Shown: positions 23,670 through 35,103, counted from the stretch's first letter. The stretch: DNA of 64,000 bases from an uncultured Gemmatimonadales bacterium (GCA_963823035.1 CAWGKG010000012.1:96001-160000); one strand, 5' to 3'. The notes: generated from the letters alone by a model not told the origin. Program-made: numbers and translations.

Positions 23670-25103
23670 ATGCGACGTCAGCGACAGGCCAAGATCGTCG
23701 CCACGCTCGGCCCGGCGAGCAGCGAGCCGCGACGCGATCCGCGCGCTGTTCGAGGCCGGCGTCGACGTGTTCCGGCTGAACTTCAGCCACGGCACCCATG
23801 ACGACCACAAGGCGCGCTTCGACATCATCCGCGCGCTCGAGAGCGCGACTCGGCCGGCCGATCGCGCGTGCTGGCCGACCTGCAGGGGCCCGAAGCTGCG
23901 CATCGGCGAGTTCGCGGACGGCCCGGTCGACGCTGGAGCAGGGCCAGAGCTTCCGCCTCGACCTCGATCCGGCGCAAGGCGACGCGCAGCCGCGTCGACC
24001 TGCCCCATCCGGAGATCTTCGCCGGCGCTCGCGCCCGGCAAGCGCGTCCTGCTCGACGACGGCAAGCGTGCGCGCTCGACGGTCGTCGCCTGCGGCGCCG
24101 ACTTCGCCCAGACCACCGTGGTCATCGCGGCGGCCATCTGTCCGACCACAAGGGCGTCAACCTGCCGGACGTGGTGCTGCCGATCTCGGCGCTGACCGAG
24201 AAGGACCGCGCCGACCTCGTCTTCGCGCTCGAGCTGGGCGCCGACTGGATCGCGCTGTCCTTCGTGCAGCGCCCCGAGGACATGGCCGAGGCGCGCAAGC
24301 TGGTCGGCGGCCGCGCCGGCGTCATGGCCAAGCTGGAGAAGCCGGCGGCGATCGAGCGCCTCGACGAGATCATCGAACTGTCCGACGCGGTGATGGTGGC
24401 GCGCGGCGATCTCGGCGTCGAGCTGCCGCCCGAGGACGTGCCCGGCCTGCAGAAGCGGATCGTCCGCGCCTGCCGCAAGGCCGGCAAGCCGGTCATCGTC
24501 GCGACCCAGATGCTGGAATCGATGGTCGACTCGCCGACGCCGACCCGCGCCGAGGCGTCCGACGTCGCGACCGCCGTCTATGACGGCGCCGACGCCGTGA
24601 TGCTGTCGGCCGAGACCGCGGTCGGCGCACTACCCGGTCGAGGCGGTCGCGATGATGGACCGCATCATGCGCGCCGGGTGGAGCAGCGACCCGCTCTACC
24701 GACGCGACGTCGAGGCCGACCGAGCCGCCGAGGCGACCAGCGCCGACGCGATCACGCGCCGCGGCGCGCCAGGTCGCCGCAGACGATCGGCGCCGCGGCC
24801 ATCGTCGCCTACATCAGTCGCGGCGCGCACCACCCTGCGCGCCGCGCGCGAGCGGCCCGAGGTGCCGATCCTGGGCCTGACGCCGAAGATCGAGTCGGCG
24901 CGGCGCCTGGCGCTGGCCTGGGGCGTCCACTGGGTCCACACCGAGGACGCCCATGACTTCATCGACATGGTGCAGCCGGCGCCAGCGCCGTCGCCAAGAG
25001 CGAAGGCTTCGCCGGCTCCGGCGACCGCATCGTGATCACCGCCGGCGTCCCGTTCGGCACGCCCGGCTCGACCAACACCCTGCGTGTCGCCTGGGTCACC
25101 TGA
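23670..25103 (+). CDS. pyk: Pyruvate kinase, frameshifted
   Basis: [59 protein letters not shown]. Confidence 0.92.
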
Positions 25104-25105
25104 TT

Positions 25106-25275
25106 CCAAGCTGCAATGAGTTGGACTCATTGCAGCTTGGTCAGCGTGCGACCGCGCGCCGCGGCGCATGCCGCGCAAGCCAAGCCGCCCCCGATCGCGT
25201 CGGGGACAGGCTCCGCGGGCGCCCGACGCCTGAGGGCGGCATCATTGATCAGTTCCGATCAATGATGCCTGGTAC
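25106..25275. repeat. Two-hairpin intergenic inverted-repeat element (CIR-like)
   Basis: 16-bp stem CCAAGCTGCAATGAGT/ACTCATTGCAGCTTGG containing GANTC, and 13-bp stem GGCATCATTGATC/GATCAATGATGCC. Confidence 0.7.
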
Positions 25276-25280
25276 GAGGC

Positions 25281-25910
25281 TCACTTCGAACTGCAATCGG
25301 TCTGCGTTCCGTCGAGCGTCGCCATGGCGTTGCGGCCCTTGATCCAGAACACCTGGCCCGCAGCCTCGTCGGCATAGCGCGCACCGCTGCCCGAGATACC
25401 CTGGTCGAGGATCAGGCTTCTCCCGTCGTCCAGGGCCAGATGCACCGCGGACGACGGGCCGTTGACGAAGACGGCGACCAGGCTGGTGCCGTCGGCGCAG
25501 GTGTAGGCGACCGGCCCGATGCTGATGCCGTCGCGGTCGTCGGCCAACGCGGGATCGCCCATGCGCAGGGCTGCGATCCGGTCGATGTAGGCGGCGCGCA
25601 GGCAGGCGGCGTCGACACAGTCGTTGCGGACGGCGAGCCACGCGGTATGAGCTGCCTCCAGCGCATACCGCTCGCTGCTTGCGGCATCCTGCTGGGCGTT
25701 GGCGTAGAGCCGGGCAACCTCGTGATCGAGCGCGCTGGTGCCGGCGTCGGCGCAGGCCAGGGCAGCGACGCCGCCCGCATTCGAGCAGTCCAGCACCGAG
25801 CCCTCGTCGCCACCGGCTTGGGTGCCGGAAGGTGTCAGGCACGCCGCAACGACAACGGCCGCCGCGAAGCGGACGGTCAGGCTGCAAATTCGGCAACGCC
25901 GCGTGACCAT
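25281..25910 (-). CDS. Exported LprI-like + MliC-domain lysozyme inhibitor
   Basis: Signal peptide, Cys-rich helical domain (LDC...WLAVRNDC...CLRAAY), MliC ISGSGARY...FWIKG. Confidence 0.8.
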   Translation of the reverse strand: MVTRRCRICSLTVRFAAAVVVAACLTPSGTQAGGDEGSVLDCSNAGGVAALACADAGTSALDHEVARLYANAQQDAASSERYALEAAHTAWLAVRNDCVDAACLRAAYIDRIAALRMGDPALADDRDGISIGPVAYTCADGTSLVAVFVNGPSSAVHLALDDGRSLILDQGISGSGARYADEAAGQVFWIKGRNAMATLDGTQTDCSSK

Positions 25911-25917
25911 GGCCCCG

Positions 25918-26478
25918 TCAGATCGGCTCGCCCTCGACCTTGGGCACGAGATCGTCGGCGCGCTTGGCGACATTGGGCATGTGAGGGTTGACCTTGAGCG
26001 CCTTGCGGTACCAGGCGAGTGCGGTGGCATCGTCGCCCTTGCTCTCGTAGTTCAGGCCGAGACCGGAGAGCGCGCCGAAGTGGCGCGGCTCAAGCTCCAG
26101 CACCTTCATGCAGTCGGCGATCGAGTTATCGTAGCGGCCCAACAGGTAATAGACCGTGGCCCGCTTGTTCCAGCCCTCGGCGAAGTCGGGGGCAAGGTCG
26201 ATGACCTGGCTGAAATCGGCGGCCGCCTCCTCCAGGTCGCCGACCTGCATGGCGCGGGTGCCCTGCTCCATCAGCCCGTTGAGCTTGTCGTCATGGGCAT
26301 CGAGCCAGATCGACCAGATGAGGCTGGTCAGGACCTGGGCCTCGCCTTCGTCCGTGGTGGTCTGAAGCCGGTCCAAGAGCTGGTCGAGGCGCGGATCGTC
26401 CTGGGCGGCCGACACGGCGGGCGCCAGCCACAACAGCAGCGTGCAGGCGACGGCGGCAATGCTGGCAAGCCTCGACAT
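25918..26478 (-). CDS. Exported tetratricopeptide repeat protein
   Basis: [31 protein letters not shown] motifs. Confidence 0.9.
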   Translation of the reverse strand: MSRLASIAAVACTLLLWLAPAVSAAQDDPRLDQLLDRLQTTTDEGEAQVLTSLIWSIWLDAHDDKLNGLMEQGTRAMQVGDLEEAAADFSQVIDLAPDFAEGWNKRATVYYLLGRYDNSIADCMKVLELEPRHFGALSGLGLNYESKGDDATALAWYRKALKVNPHMPNVAKRADDLVPKVEGEPI

Positions 26479-26689
26479 CGGCCAAGTCTAGAAACCTGCC
26501 CGGCCGCTGCCAAGCGACGAGCCAACACAAGCCGGTGAACGCCCCGAATTCGAAAGGGCCGCGCCCCTGCGGGCGACGGCCCTTCCTGGTGTAGTGCTTC
26601 GGGCTCTTCGCAATGCGAGGCCTGAAGCGGCTGTCGGCGAGCGCGCGGGCCGGACCCGAGCGCCGCCGCGGCGGTCTCTTGCGCGTCAT
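26291..26689 (-). CDS. Putative ArfA-like alternative ribosome-rescue factor; functional part probably the first ~46 codons
   Basis: [46 protein letters not shown] resembles the ArfA core; internal hairpin; first in-frame stop lies inside the next gene. Confidence 0.55.
   Translation of the reverse strand: MTRKRPPRRRSGPARALADSRFRPRIAKSPKHYTRKGRRPQGRGPFEFGAFTGLCWLVAWQRPGRFLDLADVEACQHCRRRLHAAVVAGARRVGRPGRSAPRPALGPASDHHGRRRGPGPDQPHLVDLARCP
26550..26584 (-). terminator. GC-rich hairpin inside the ArfA-like ORF (terminator or RNase III site)
   Basis: Minus strand AAGGGCCG-T-CGCCC GCAG GGGCG-CGGCCCTT followed by TCGAATT; U-tract is short. Confidence 0.5.
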
Positions 26690-26714
26690 GGCGGTTCTCC
26701 GGGGTTGTCGACCC

Positions 26715-28043
26715 TTAAGAAATGGTCCGTTCGGCCACCTCGCGCAAGGCCATGGGTCGCGGTCCGCCGGTCGCCCAGTCGAGCAGCTCGACCGGGTGCA
26801 TGACCGGCAGGTCCGAGGCCGCCGGCGATCTGGACCATGCAGCCGACATTGCCGGCGGCGACCGCATCGGCGCCCGGTGGCGGCGATGTTGGCGACCTTG
26901 CGCGCACGCAGGCGGTCGGCGAGCTCGGGCTGCAGCAGGTTGTAGGTGCCGGCCGAGCCGCAGCAGATGTGGCCCTCGGGGATGTCGACGACGGTGAAGC
27001 CGGCCGCGTGCAAGCAGGTCGCGCGGCGCGCCGTCGATGCGCTGGCCGTGCTGCAGCGAGCAGGCCGCGTGATAGGCGACGACCGGCGCAGCGCCCGGCG
27101 CGGCCGGCGCCTCCTCGCAGGCCGAGCTCCGCCACGACCTCGCTGACGTCGCGCGCCAGCGCCGAGAGCGCGGCGGCGCGGGCCGCCCAGTCGGGCTCGT
27201 TGCGCAGCAGGAAGCCGTAGTCCTTCAGCTGGGTGCCGCAGCCCGAGGCATTGGCGATGACGGCGTCGAACGCGCCCGGCCGCGCTCCCAGGCGGCGATG
27301 TTGCTTGCGCGCGGCCAGCGCGCGGCCTCGGCCTCGCGTCCCATGTGGTGGGCCAGCGCGCCGCAGCAGCCGGCGCCGCGGCGCGACCACGACCTCGCAG
27401 CCGAGCCGCGTCAGCAGGCGCACGGTCGCCTCGTTGATCTGGGGCGTCAGCACCTGCTGGGCGCAGCCGGCGAGCAGCGCGACGCGCATGCGCCGCTCGC
27501 CCTCGGCCGGGATGCACTGCGGGCCGGTCGGACGGCGGACGGCGGCGGCGAGCCGCGCGCGGCGCCATGGCGATCATGTGCGCGCAGCCGCCCGGCAGCA
27601 GGCCCGGCGAACGGCCGCGCCAGCGCGGCGCCGACCAGGGCCAGGCGGAAGCGGCCGGGATGCGGCAGCAGCGCGGCGAGCAGGCCGCGCAGCAGGCGCT
27701 CGGCCGCAGCGGCCGACGGTAGGTCTCCTCGATATGGCGGCGGGCGTGATCGACCAGGTGCATGTAGTTGACGCCCGACGGGCAGGTCGTCATGCAGGAG
27801 AGGCACGACAGGCAGCGGTCGACATGGCGCGCCACCGTCGGCGTCGGCCGGCCGGTCCGTTCTCCAGCATGTCCTTGATCAGGTAGATGCGGCCGCGCGG
27901 GCTGTCGCGCTCGTCGCCGAGCAGCACGTAGGTCGGGCAGGTCGCCAGTGCAGAAGCCGCAGTGGACGCAGGTCCTGCAGGATGCGCTCGGCCTCCGTGA
28001 CGTGCGGGATCGGCGAGCTGGGCCAGGTGAAGCGGGTCTGCAT
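26715..28043 (-). CDS. glcF: Glycolate oxidase iron-sulfur subunit, frameshifted
   Basis: [52 protein letters not shown]. Confidence 0.9.
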
Positions 28044-28048
28044 CGCCC

Positions 28049-29290
28049 TCAGACGCCCGCGATACATGCGGCCGGGATTGAGCATGCCCTGCGGGTCGAA
28101 GCCCTCCTTGATGCGCCGGGTCAGCGCCGCACCGTGTCGCCGGCTGGGGCTGGAAGACGGCGACCGCCGGCTGCAGCGCCGTCGGGCGCGCGGACCAGGG
28201 TGGCGTGGCCGCCGGCCGTCGCGCGACGCGCCGCACGGATCGCCGGCCATCGCCGTCGCTCGGCCGGCACGGCGAGCCAGACCAGGCCGCCGCCCCAGTC
28301 GAGACAGCCGGTCGCCGCCATCGGCCGTGCAGCGCCGCCAGCACGGCGCCGCCGGCGGCCGGCGGCACCGAGAGGCGCCAGACCGCGTCGGCCGTCGGCC
28401 GGCGAGCGGCGCGACGTCGCGCATCTCGCGCCAGAAGGCGACGCGAGTTGTGGCTGTGCAGCTCCTCGACCTCGCCGTGGCGGCCGAGCAGCTCGCGCAG
28501 CGCCGCGCAGCGCGCGCCGACCGAGGCCGGCGGCCCCTCGACCCGCAGCGCCGTGACCGACGCGCCGGCGCCGGCGACATAGGAGACCGCCGAGCGCGCC
28601 GCGACCGCGGCCGGCAGATGGGCGGCGCCGGAGACCTCGTGCGGGCTGCGCCAGCGCCGCGCCCAGCACGGCGACGCGCCGCTGCGTCGTCGAGGCCGAG
28701 CGACCAGCACCGTGCGCGTCTTCTCCGGCGTCGGCAGCACCTTGACCGTGACCTCGGTCATCACCGCCAGCGTGCCGAAGGAGCCGGCCATGCAGCTTGG
28801 ACAGGTCGTAGCCGGTGACGTTCTTCACCACCCGGCCGCCGGCCTTGACAGCTCGCCGCGGCCGGTCGACCGCGCTCGAAGCCCAGGAAGTGGTCGCGCG
28901 CCGCGCCGGCCTTGATGCGGCGCGGGCCGGAGAGGTTGGCGGCGAGCACGCCGCCGATGGTCGCCGTTCCGGCCGGCGCGCCGAGCAGCGGGCCGAGGTC
29001 CGGCGGCTCGAAGGCGAGCTGCTGGCGCGTCTGGCGCAGCAGTCCCTCGATCTCGGCCAGCGGCGTGCCGGCGCCGGCGCGTCAGCACCAGCTCGTCCGG
29101 CTCGTAGAGGCTGATGCCGGCCAGGCCCGGAGAGGTCGAGGCGATGCGCCGCCGCGACCGGCGTGGCCGAAGGCCGCGCTTGGTGCCGCGCGCCGACGAT
29201 CTCCAGCGGCGCTGCGTTCGCGCCGCGGCCCAGGCCAGCGCCTCGCGCGACGCTGCTTCGGCGTCGGCCGGGCTGCAGGGTGTCGGCCAT
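28049..29290 (-). CDS. glcE: Glycolate oxidase FAD-binding subunit, frameshifted
   Basis: [48 protein letters not shown]; lies between glcD and glcF. Confidence 0.9.
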
Positions 29291-29299
29291 GCGCGCCGC

Positions 29300-30822
29300 T
29301 CAGAACCGCGGCAGGTCGGGGAACGGCAGCTCGCCGCGGTGGACGTGCATGCGGCCGAGCTCGGCGCAGCGGTGCAGCGTCGGGAAGACCTTGCCCGGGT
29401 TGAGCAGGCCGTCGGGATCGAAGGCGCACTTGACGCGCTGCTGCTGCTCGAGGTCGTCCTCGGTGAACATCGCGCCCATCAGGTCGCGCTTCTCGACGCC
29501 GACGCCGTGCTCGCCGGTCAGCACGCCGCCGACCTCGACGCACAGCCTCAGGATGTCGGCGCCGAAGGCCTCCGCCTTGCTCGAGCTCGCCCGGCTTGTT
29601 GGCGTCGTACAGGATCAGCGGATGCAGGTTGCCGTCGCCGGCATGGAAGACGTTGGCGACGCCGCAGCCCGTAGCGTCTTCGGAGAGCTCGCGCCATGCG
29701 CGCCAGCACCTCGGGCAGGCGGCTGGCGCGGGATGGTGCCGTCCATGCAGTAGTAGTCGGGCGAGATGCGGCCGACCGCCGGGAAGGCCGCCTTGCGCCC
29801 GGCCCAGAAGCGCTGCGCGCTCGGCCTCGCTGGTCGACTGCGCTGCGATGGCACGGCGCCGTTGCTCGCGCGGCGATCGCGCTCGACCCGCGTCGATCAG
29901 GTGCGTCGACCTCGGCCTGCCGGGCCGTCGAGCTCGACGATCAGCAGCGCCTCGACGTCGAGCGGATAGCCGGCGTGGCACGAAGTCCTCGGCGGCGTGG
30001 ATCGCGGGCCGGTCCATCATCTCCATGCCGCCCGGGATGATGCCGGCGGCGATGATCGTCGGCGACGCAGTCGCCGGCGTCGCTCGACGTCGGCGAAGCC
30101 GATCAGCAGCGGCGCGCGCCGTCTCGCGGCTTGCGGCAGGATGCGCACCGTCACCTCGGTGATGACGCCGAGCAGGCCCTCCGAGCCGGTCAGCGATGCC
30201 GAGCAGGTCGTAGCCGTCGGCGTCGAGATGCTTGCCGCCGAGGCGCACGACGTCGCCGTCCATCAGCACGATCTCGAGCCCGAGCAGGTTGTTGGTCGTC
30301 AGGCCGTATTTCAGGCAGTGCACGCCGCCGGAGTTCTCCGCGACGTTGCCGCCGATCGAGCAGGCGATCTGGCTGGAGGGATCGGGCGCGTAGTAGAAGC
30401 CGTCGGCCTCGACCGGCCTGGGTGATCGCCGAGGTTGGTGACGCCCGGCTGCGCCACGACGCAGCGGTTGGCGTAGTCGATCTCGAGGATGCGGTTGAAC
30501 TTGCCGAGGCCCAGCAGCGATGCCGTCGGCGAGCGGCAGGGCGCCGCCCGACAGGGCGGTGCCGGAGCCGCGCGGCACGACCTTGACGCCGTTGCGCCGC
30601 GGCACAGCTTCAGGATCATCGGAGACCTGCGCCGATGGTCTCCGGCAGCGACGACGGCCAGCGGCAGGGTGCGGTAGGCGGAGAGCCGTCGCATTCGTAG
30701 GCGCGCAGGCCGATCGCGTCGGCGATCACGCCCTCGCCCGGCGGACGATGCCGCTGAGAGCTCGGCGAGGAAGATCGTCCCGGTTGCGCGAGCACCGCCC
30801 GGTCCGGTTCCGGCATCAGCAT
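29300..30822 (-). CDS. glcD: Glycolate oxidase subunit D (FAD-linked), frameshifted
   Basis: [56 protein letters not shown]. Confidence 0.92.
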
Positions 30823-30991
30823 GGTTTGGCCATCGACAAGCCCGGAACTCCGGCCTGCTTGCGCCCTGTGAGCGCGTCAACGGCCGGTCGGCGATTTCAA
30901 GGGCCTGGGCGCCTTGCCGGCCATAAACGTCAACGCCGGGCAAGCCCGGCGCTCGGAAGGCCCGTGCGGCACCGCAGGCCGCGCCGGACGA

Positions 30992-31120
30992 TCAGCCCTG
31001 GCGCGCCTTAAAGCGCGGGTTCTGCTTGTTGATGACGAAGATGCGGCCCTTGCGGCGGACGATGCGGCAGAGCCGCGTGGCGCTGTCTTCATCGAGCTGC
31101 AGCGAATTGACGATCTTCAT
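30992..31120 (-). CDS. rpmJ: 50S ribosomal protein L36 (type B, zinc-independent), with compensating indels
   Basis: MKIVNSL...[25 protein letters not shown]. Confidence 0.9.
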   Translation of the reverse strand: MKIVNSLQLDEDSATRLCRIVRRKGRIFVINKQNPRFKARQG

Positions 31121-31233
31121 CGCGTGGTCTCTCGAATTACGTCTGCCGAAAGGCTCTCCGTCAGATCGGCCACCAGAAGGCGCGGACCATACTGATCCGC
31201 CCGGCCGGCGTCAACGGCCGTTCGGCGCGCGAG

Positions 31234-31739
31234 TCACTTCTTGAGGTGAAATGGTAGCACCTCGAGTTCGAGGTCGCCGGCGGGGCGCTTCCAGGTGACG
31301 ACGTCGCCGACCGTGGGCGCCGATCGAGAGCGCGTGCGAGCGGCGAAACCCAACTTACCATGCCCTTGTCGATGTCGGCCTGGTTCTCGCCGACGATGCG
31401 CTAGCTGCTGCGCCTTGCCGTCCTCGCCGGCGACCTTGACCGTGGCGCCGAAGGCGACCTCGTCGGCCGGCTGGTCGCTCGGGTCGACCACCACGGCATG
31501 CTGGATGCGACCCTGACGTAGCGCAGGTCGCGCTCGACATGGGCGCGCCGGCTGCGGTCGGTGATGTTCTCCTTGTCGTCATCGAGCTTCGCGAGCTGGT
31601 CCTTCAGCTCGTCGCGCCAGGTTTCGAGCGCGGCGAAACCCTCCGGCGTGACGTAATTCGGGATCGGCTCCTGCGGCAGCTCGGTCAGCTCGTCGGCGAC
31701 AAGGTCGCCATCCGGTTCCTTGACGAAGGCTCGGCTCAT
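31234..31739 (-). CDS. GreA/GreB-family elongation factor-like protein, frameshifted
   Basis: MSRAFVKE, PNYVTPEG, RDLRY, VAFGATV, VSWVSPLARAL, GDVVTWKRPAGDLELEV. Confidence 0.85.
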
Positions 31740-31844
31740 GGTCCCCTCCCGCAGGGCCCCGGGACGGGACAGGCTGCGTCGTGATGTCAGTCCCACATAT
31801 GGGGCCGATTCGGGCGAAAGCCAAGCTTTCCCGACGCTTACGCC

Positions 31845-31985
31845 AGAGCCGGATCGATCAAGACGGAGTTGCTCAGGCGACCCCGTCTTGATCGTTAATC
31901 CGTCTCGACATCACAAAGATCGAGCAGATTCACGCGTCACGACCAAGCCATTGGGTGGCTCGGTCGTGACGCGATCTGCTCGAGC
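31845..31985. repeat. Two-hairpin intergenic inverted-repeat element (CIR-like)
   Basis: CGATCAAGACGG...CCGTCTTGATCG and CGAGCAGATTCACGCGTCACGACC...GGTCGTGACGCGATCTGCTCG; contains GATTC. Confidence 0.7.
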
Positions 31986-32990
31986 CGGCCTTCCGGCTCC
32001 CCACCCGCCATGTGACGGCGGATCGGGTCGTACATGGCGGCGAATTCGCCCCAGGCGTCGGCCGGTGCACCGCCGGCGACATGGGGCGTGAGCATCACGT
32101 TGGCCCCGAGCGCGCCAGCGCCACGAGCGGGTTGCCGGCCTCGAGGGGCTCGACCGCAAAGGTGTCGAGCGCGGCACCGCCGAGCCGTCCCGCTTCGAGC
32201 GCCTGCGCCAGGGCCGCCTCGTCGATCACGCCGCCGCTGCCGGCCGAGACGAGCGAGGCCCCGGTCCGCATCAGCCGAGAGGCGTCGGCGGTCGAGCCAG
32301 CCGTTGGTCTGGGCGTGAAGGGCAGCAGGTTGACGAGCACATCGCAGCCGCGGCCAGCGCTTTCGCCGGCGGAGGTCAGACCGAGCGCCACTTCGACCGC
32401 TGCGGCAAAGGACGCGGCGCCGGCTATAGACGAGGCGGCAGCCCCAGCCCGGCAGCCGCGCGCGCCAGCTCGACCCGATCTCGCCGAAGCCCAGGATGCC
32501 GACGGCGGCCGGCGAGGCCCGGCGAGGTCGCGCCGACGGCGACCAGTTGTAGGCAAAGTGCGTTCTCGTCGGTCGCCGGCGCGGCCGCCCAGTCGTCGGC
32601 GGCGGCGCGGGCGATCCGCGTGGGTTTCCTCGAGGCGGCGCTGACAGCGCGAGGATCTGCAGGACGACGAACTCGGCGACCCGCAGCACGCCCTCCTGCG
32701 CGCGCCGGCAGACCATGACGCCATGGCGCGCGGCAGGCCTCCAGGTCGATATCGTGGTCGAGGCTGCCCAGGCGCAGGACGAGCTTCAGGTCCGGCGCGG
32801 CCGCCAGCAGGGCGGCGTCGACCCGACCGGCGCGCTCCGAGATCAGGTAGGTCGCGCCGGCCAGGGCCGCGGCCAGGGCGTCCTGGCCGGGCGAGCGCAG
32901 CATCACGACCTCGAGCCCCTCGGGCGCGATCTTCAGGGCGTCGGCCTGGTGGCGTTCGCTGCGCTCGGTGGTGAAGACCGCCTTGGCCAC
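31937..32990 (-). CDS. D-isomer-specific 2-hydroxyacid dehydrogenase-like protein, frameshifted
   Basis: VGILGFGEIG, VIDEAAL, GAALDTFAVEP, LTPHVAG. Confidence 0.8.
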
Positions 32991-32997
32991 CGCAGCC

Positions 32998-34250
32998 TCA
33001 GAAGCGGTCGGCGCGAAATGCCTTGAGGTCGAGGCCCGGATCGCGCCCGGCGACAAGGTCGGCGACGACATAGCCGCTGCGCGCCGCCAGGCTGAGGCCC
33101 AGATGCTGATGGCCGAAGTCGAACCAGGCGTTGGCGAAGCCCGGGGTCGGGCCAAGCGCCGGCAGGTAGTCGGGCATGGTCGGCCGGCGGCCCATCCAGC
33201 GCGTCACCTCGGTTGCCTGGTCGGGGTCGAAATCGCGCAGGATGTGGCGGCCCCGCTCGTAGATGATGTCGGCGCGCCGGTAGTTGGGCGCCGCCTCGAT
33301 GCCGGCCAGCTCCACCGTGCCGGCGAAGCGCAGGCCCATGTCGAGCTGGTTGAGCCCGTAATGGCCCTCGGCGTGGATCACGCTGCGGCTCAGGCCCGTC
33401 TTCACCCCGTGGAACACCATGTGGTAGCCGCGCTCGGTGTCGAGCAGCACCTTCACGCCCATCATGGCCGCCACCCGGTGCGACCAGGCCCCGGCCGCCA
33501 CCACCAGGTTCTTCACGGCGAGGTGGCCCGCCGTCGTCTTCAGGCCGGTGACGCGCCCGCCGCCGTGGTCGATGCCGGTCACCTCGGCCAGACGGATCTG
33601 GCCGCCTGCCGCCACGAAGTCGTCGGCCAGCATGCGCGTCAGGCGGTAGGGATCGGTCGTGCTGTAGGCGTCCGGGTAAGTAGGTGGCATGGCGCACGTC
33701 ATGGCTCAGCGAGGGCTCAAGCTGGCGCACCTCGTCGGACGCCCAGTTCCTCCAGCGGACAGCCCAGCTCCGTCAGCATGCCGCGCTCGCGGCCGTCGCC
33801 CTCGAAGCTGGCGTCGCTCTCGTAGATCGTCATGTAGCCGTTCTTGCGGATCAGGCCGGCGGCGGGCGAGCCGGCGGCGAGCCGGTCGTAGGCCGCACCG
33901 GTGCCGTCGAGCAGCGCGTACATCGCGCGCGCCCCGGCCATCTGGCGCTCTGCCGTCGAGCTTCTCAGGAAGCCGACCAGCCAGGGCATGACGGCGAACA
34001 GGTAGCGCCAGCGGACGACCAGCGCGCCGTCGGGATCGAACAGCATCTTCGGCACGTCGCGCAGGACGCCGGGCGACGGCATGGGGATCGACGAATCGCG
34101 ACCGCAGATGATGCCCGCGTTGCCGAACGAGCAGTTCTCGCCCGGTCCGTCGCGCTCGACGATGACGACGTCGTGGCCGTCGCGCTGCAGCGCGAGCGCG
34201 GCGCAAACGCCGACGATCCCGCCGCCGATCACGGTGACATGCTTGGCCAT
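32998..34250 (-). CDS. FAD-dependent oxidoreductase (D-amino acid dehydrogenase/DadA-like), frameshifted
   Basis: VIGGGIVG, SFGNAG, ERGYH, WMGRRPTMPD, FGHQHLGL. Confidence 0.85.
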
Positions 34251-34328
34251 GGCGCGCGGCGCCCTCCCCCTGGAACAGTGACGGGAGGGAGCGGACCACG
34301 TTCCGCCCGAAATGGGAACCGTCGTTGC

Positions 34329-34408
34329 TGGAGCAGATCCCGTTCAACTTGAATCAGGTCGAACGGGATCTGCTCTAACTGCCTGATGTCGATCGGATTC
34401 ACGTGGTC
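34329..34408. repeat. CIR-like inverted-repeat element, apparently truncated on the right
   Basis: GAGCAGATCCCGTTCAAC-TTGAATCAG-GTCGAACGGGATCTGCTC hairpin with GANTC; second arm begins (GGATTCACGTGG) then breaks off. Confidence 0.6.
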
Positions 34409-34552
34409 TAAACCGCGCCGGCGCCGTCGTAGAGCGTCACCTTGTGGCGCGCCTCGGCGAAGAAGAGCCAGCGCTCCACCACCACGCCCGCCAGGCCGCA
34501 GCCGGCGGCCAGCAGGGCGACGACCATGGCGCCGGGACCGCCGATCACGGCC
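34408..34552 (-). pseudogene. C-terminal fragment of a DmsC-type (DMSO reductase anchor) subunit
   Basis: Hydrophobic helix plus VERWLFFAEARHKVTLY*; no N-terminal part present. Confidence 0.6.
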
Positions 34553-34981
34553 GTCGCGGTCGTAGCCGGTCTGCATGGCCTGCATGCGTCCACGCTCGAG
34601 CCGGACCGGGTCCTCGTTGCGTGTGACGACGAGGTAGTCACGCAGCACGATGGCGTGCCGGCCCTCCTCGGCCGTCCACCGGTGCACCCAGGCGGTCCAT
34701 GCCGAGTCCCGACGGCCGAACATCGCGTGGATCTCGCGGTGGTAGCTGGGCAGGTTGTCCTCGGTGAGCAGGTTGACGTACATCGCCGTCCGCGCGACGC
34801 CGTCCAGGCGCGGCTGGTCCGGGGTCCATGGTTCGGCCTCGAAGTCGCGCCCCTGCCCGTAGGGGACGTAGGCGTGGGGGAACCACTCGTCGGCCACCGA
34901 CAGGTGACGTTCGAGCAGCCGCTCCGCCTCCGGCTCGAGCTCGCCGAGCAGGTCGCGGTCGGTGGTCGTGGCGACGGACAC
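34553..34981 (-). pseudogene. Acyl-ACP desaturase (DesA1-like), N-terminal half only
   Basis: EWFPHAYVP, NLLTEDNLPSYH, WTAEEGRH, LRDYL; breaks off after QTGYDRD, before the second ExxH. Confidence 0.85.
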
Positions 34982-35032
34982 GGTGCTGGCCTCGAGGTGT
35001 GGCGGTGCGCGGGATGCCAGCCTGTCCGTTCC

Positions 35033-35046
35033 TGACGTCGACGTCA
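35033..35046. promoter_or_regulatory. Perfect palindrome, possible MerR/LiuR-type operator upstream of the desaturase
   Basis: TGACGTCGACGTCA. Confidence 0.4.
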
Positions 35047-35103
35047 AGTTCAACAGAACCCCGCCGCGACCGGGCACACTCGTCAGCCACCGAGGAGTCC
35101 CGA

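Noticed and set aside
7898..33750. Programmed frameshifting or mass pseudogenisation
   Set aside because: Indels are numerous, irregular, not at slippery sites, and hit essential-type genes while motifs stay intact; error is the simpler explanation
34229..34981. Desaturase-DmsC hybrid gene
   Set aside because: Two unrelated fragments in different frames; the second di-iron motif is missing
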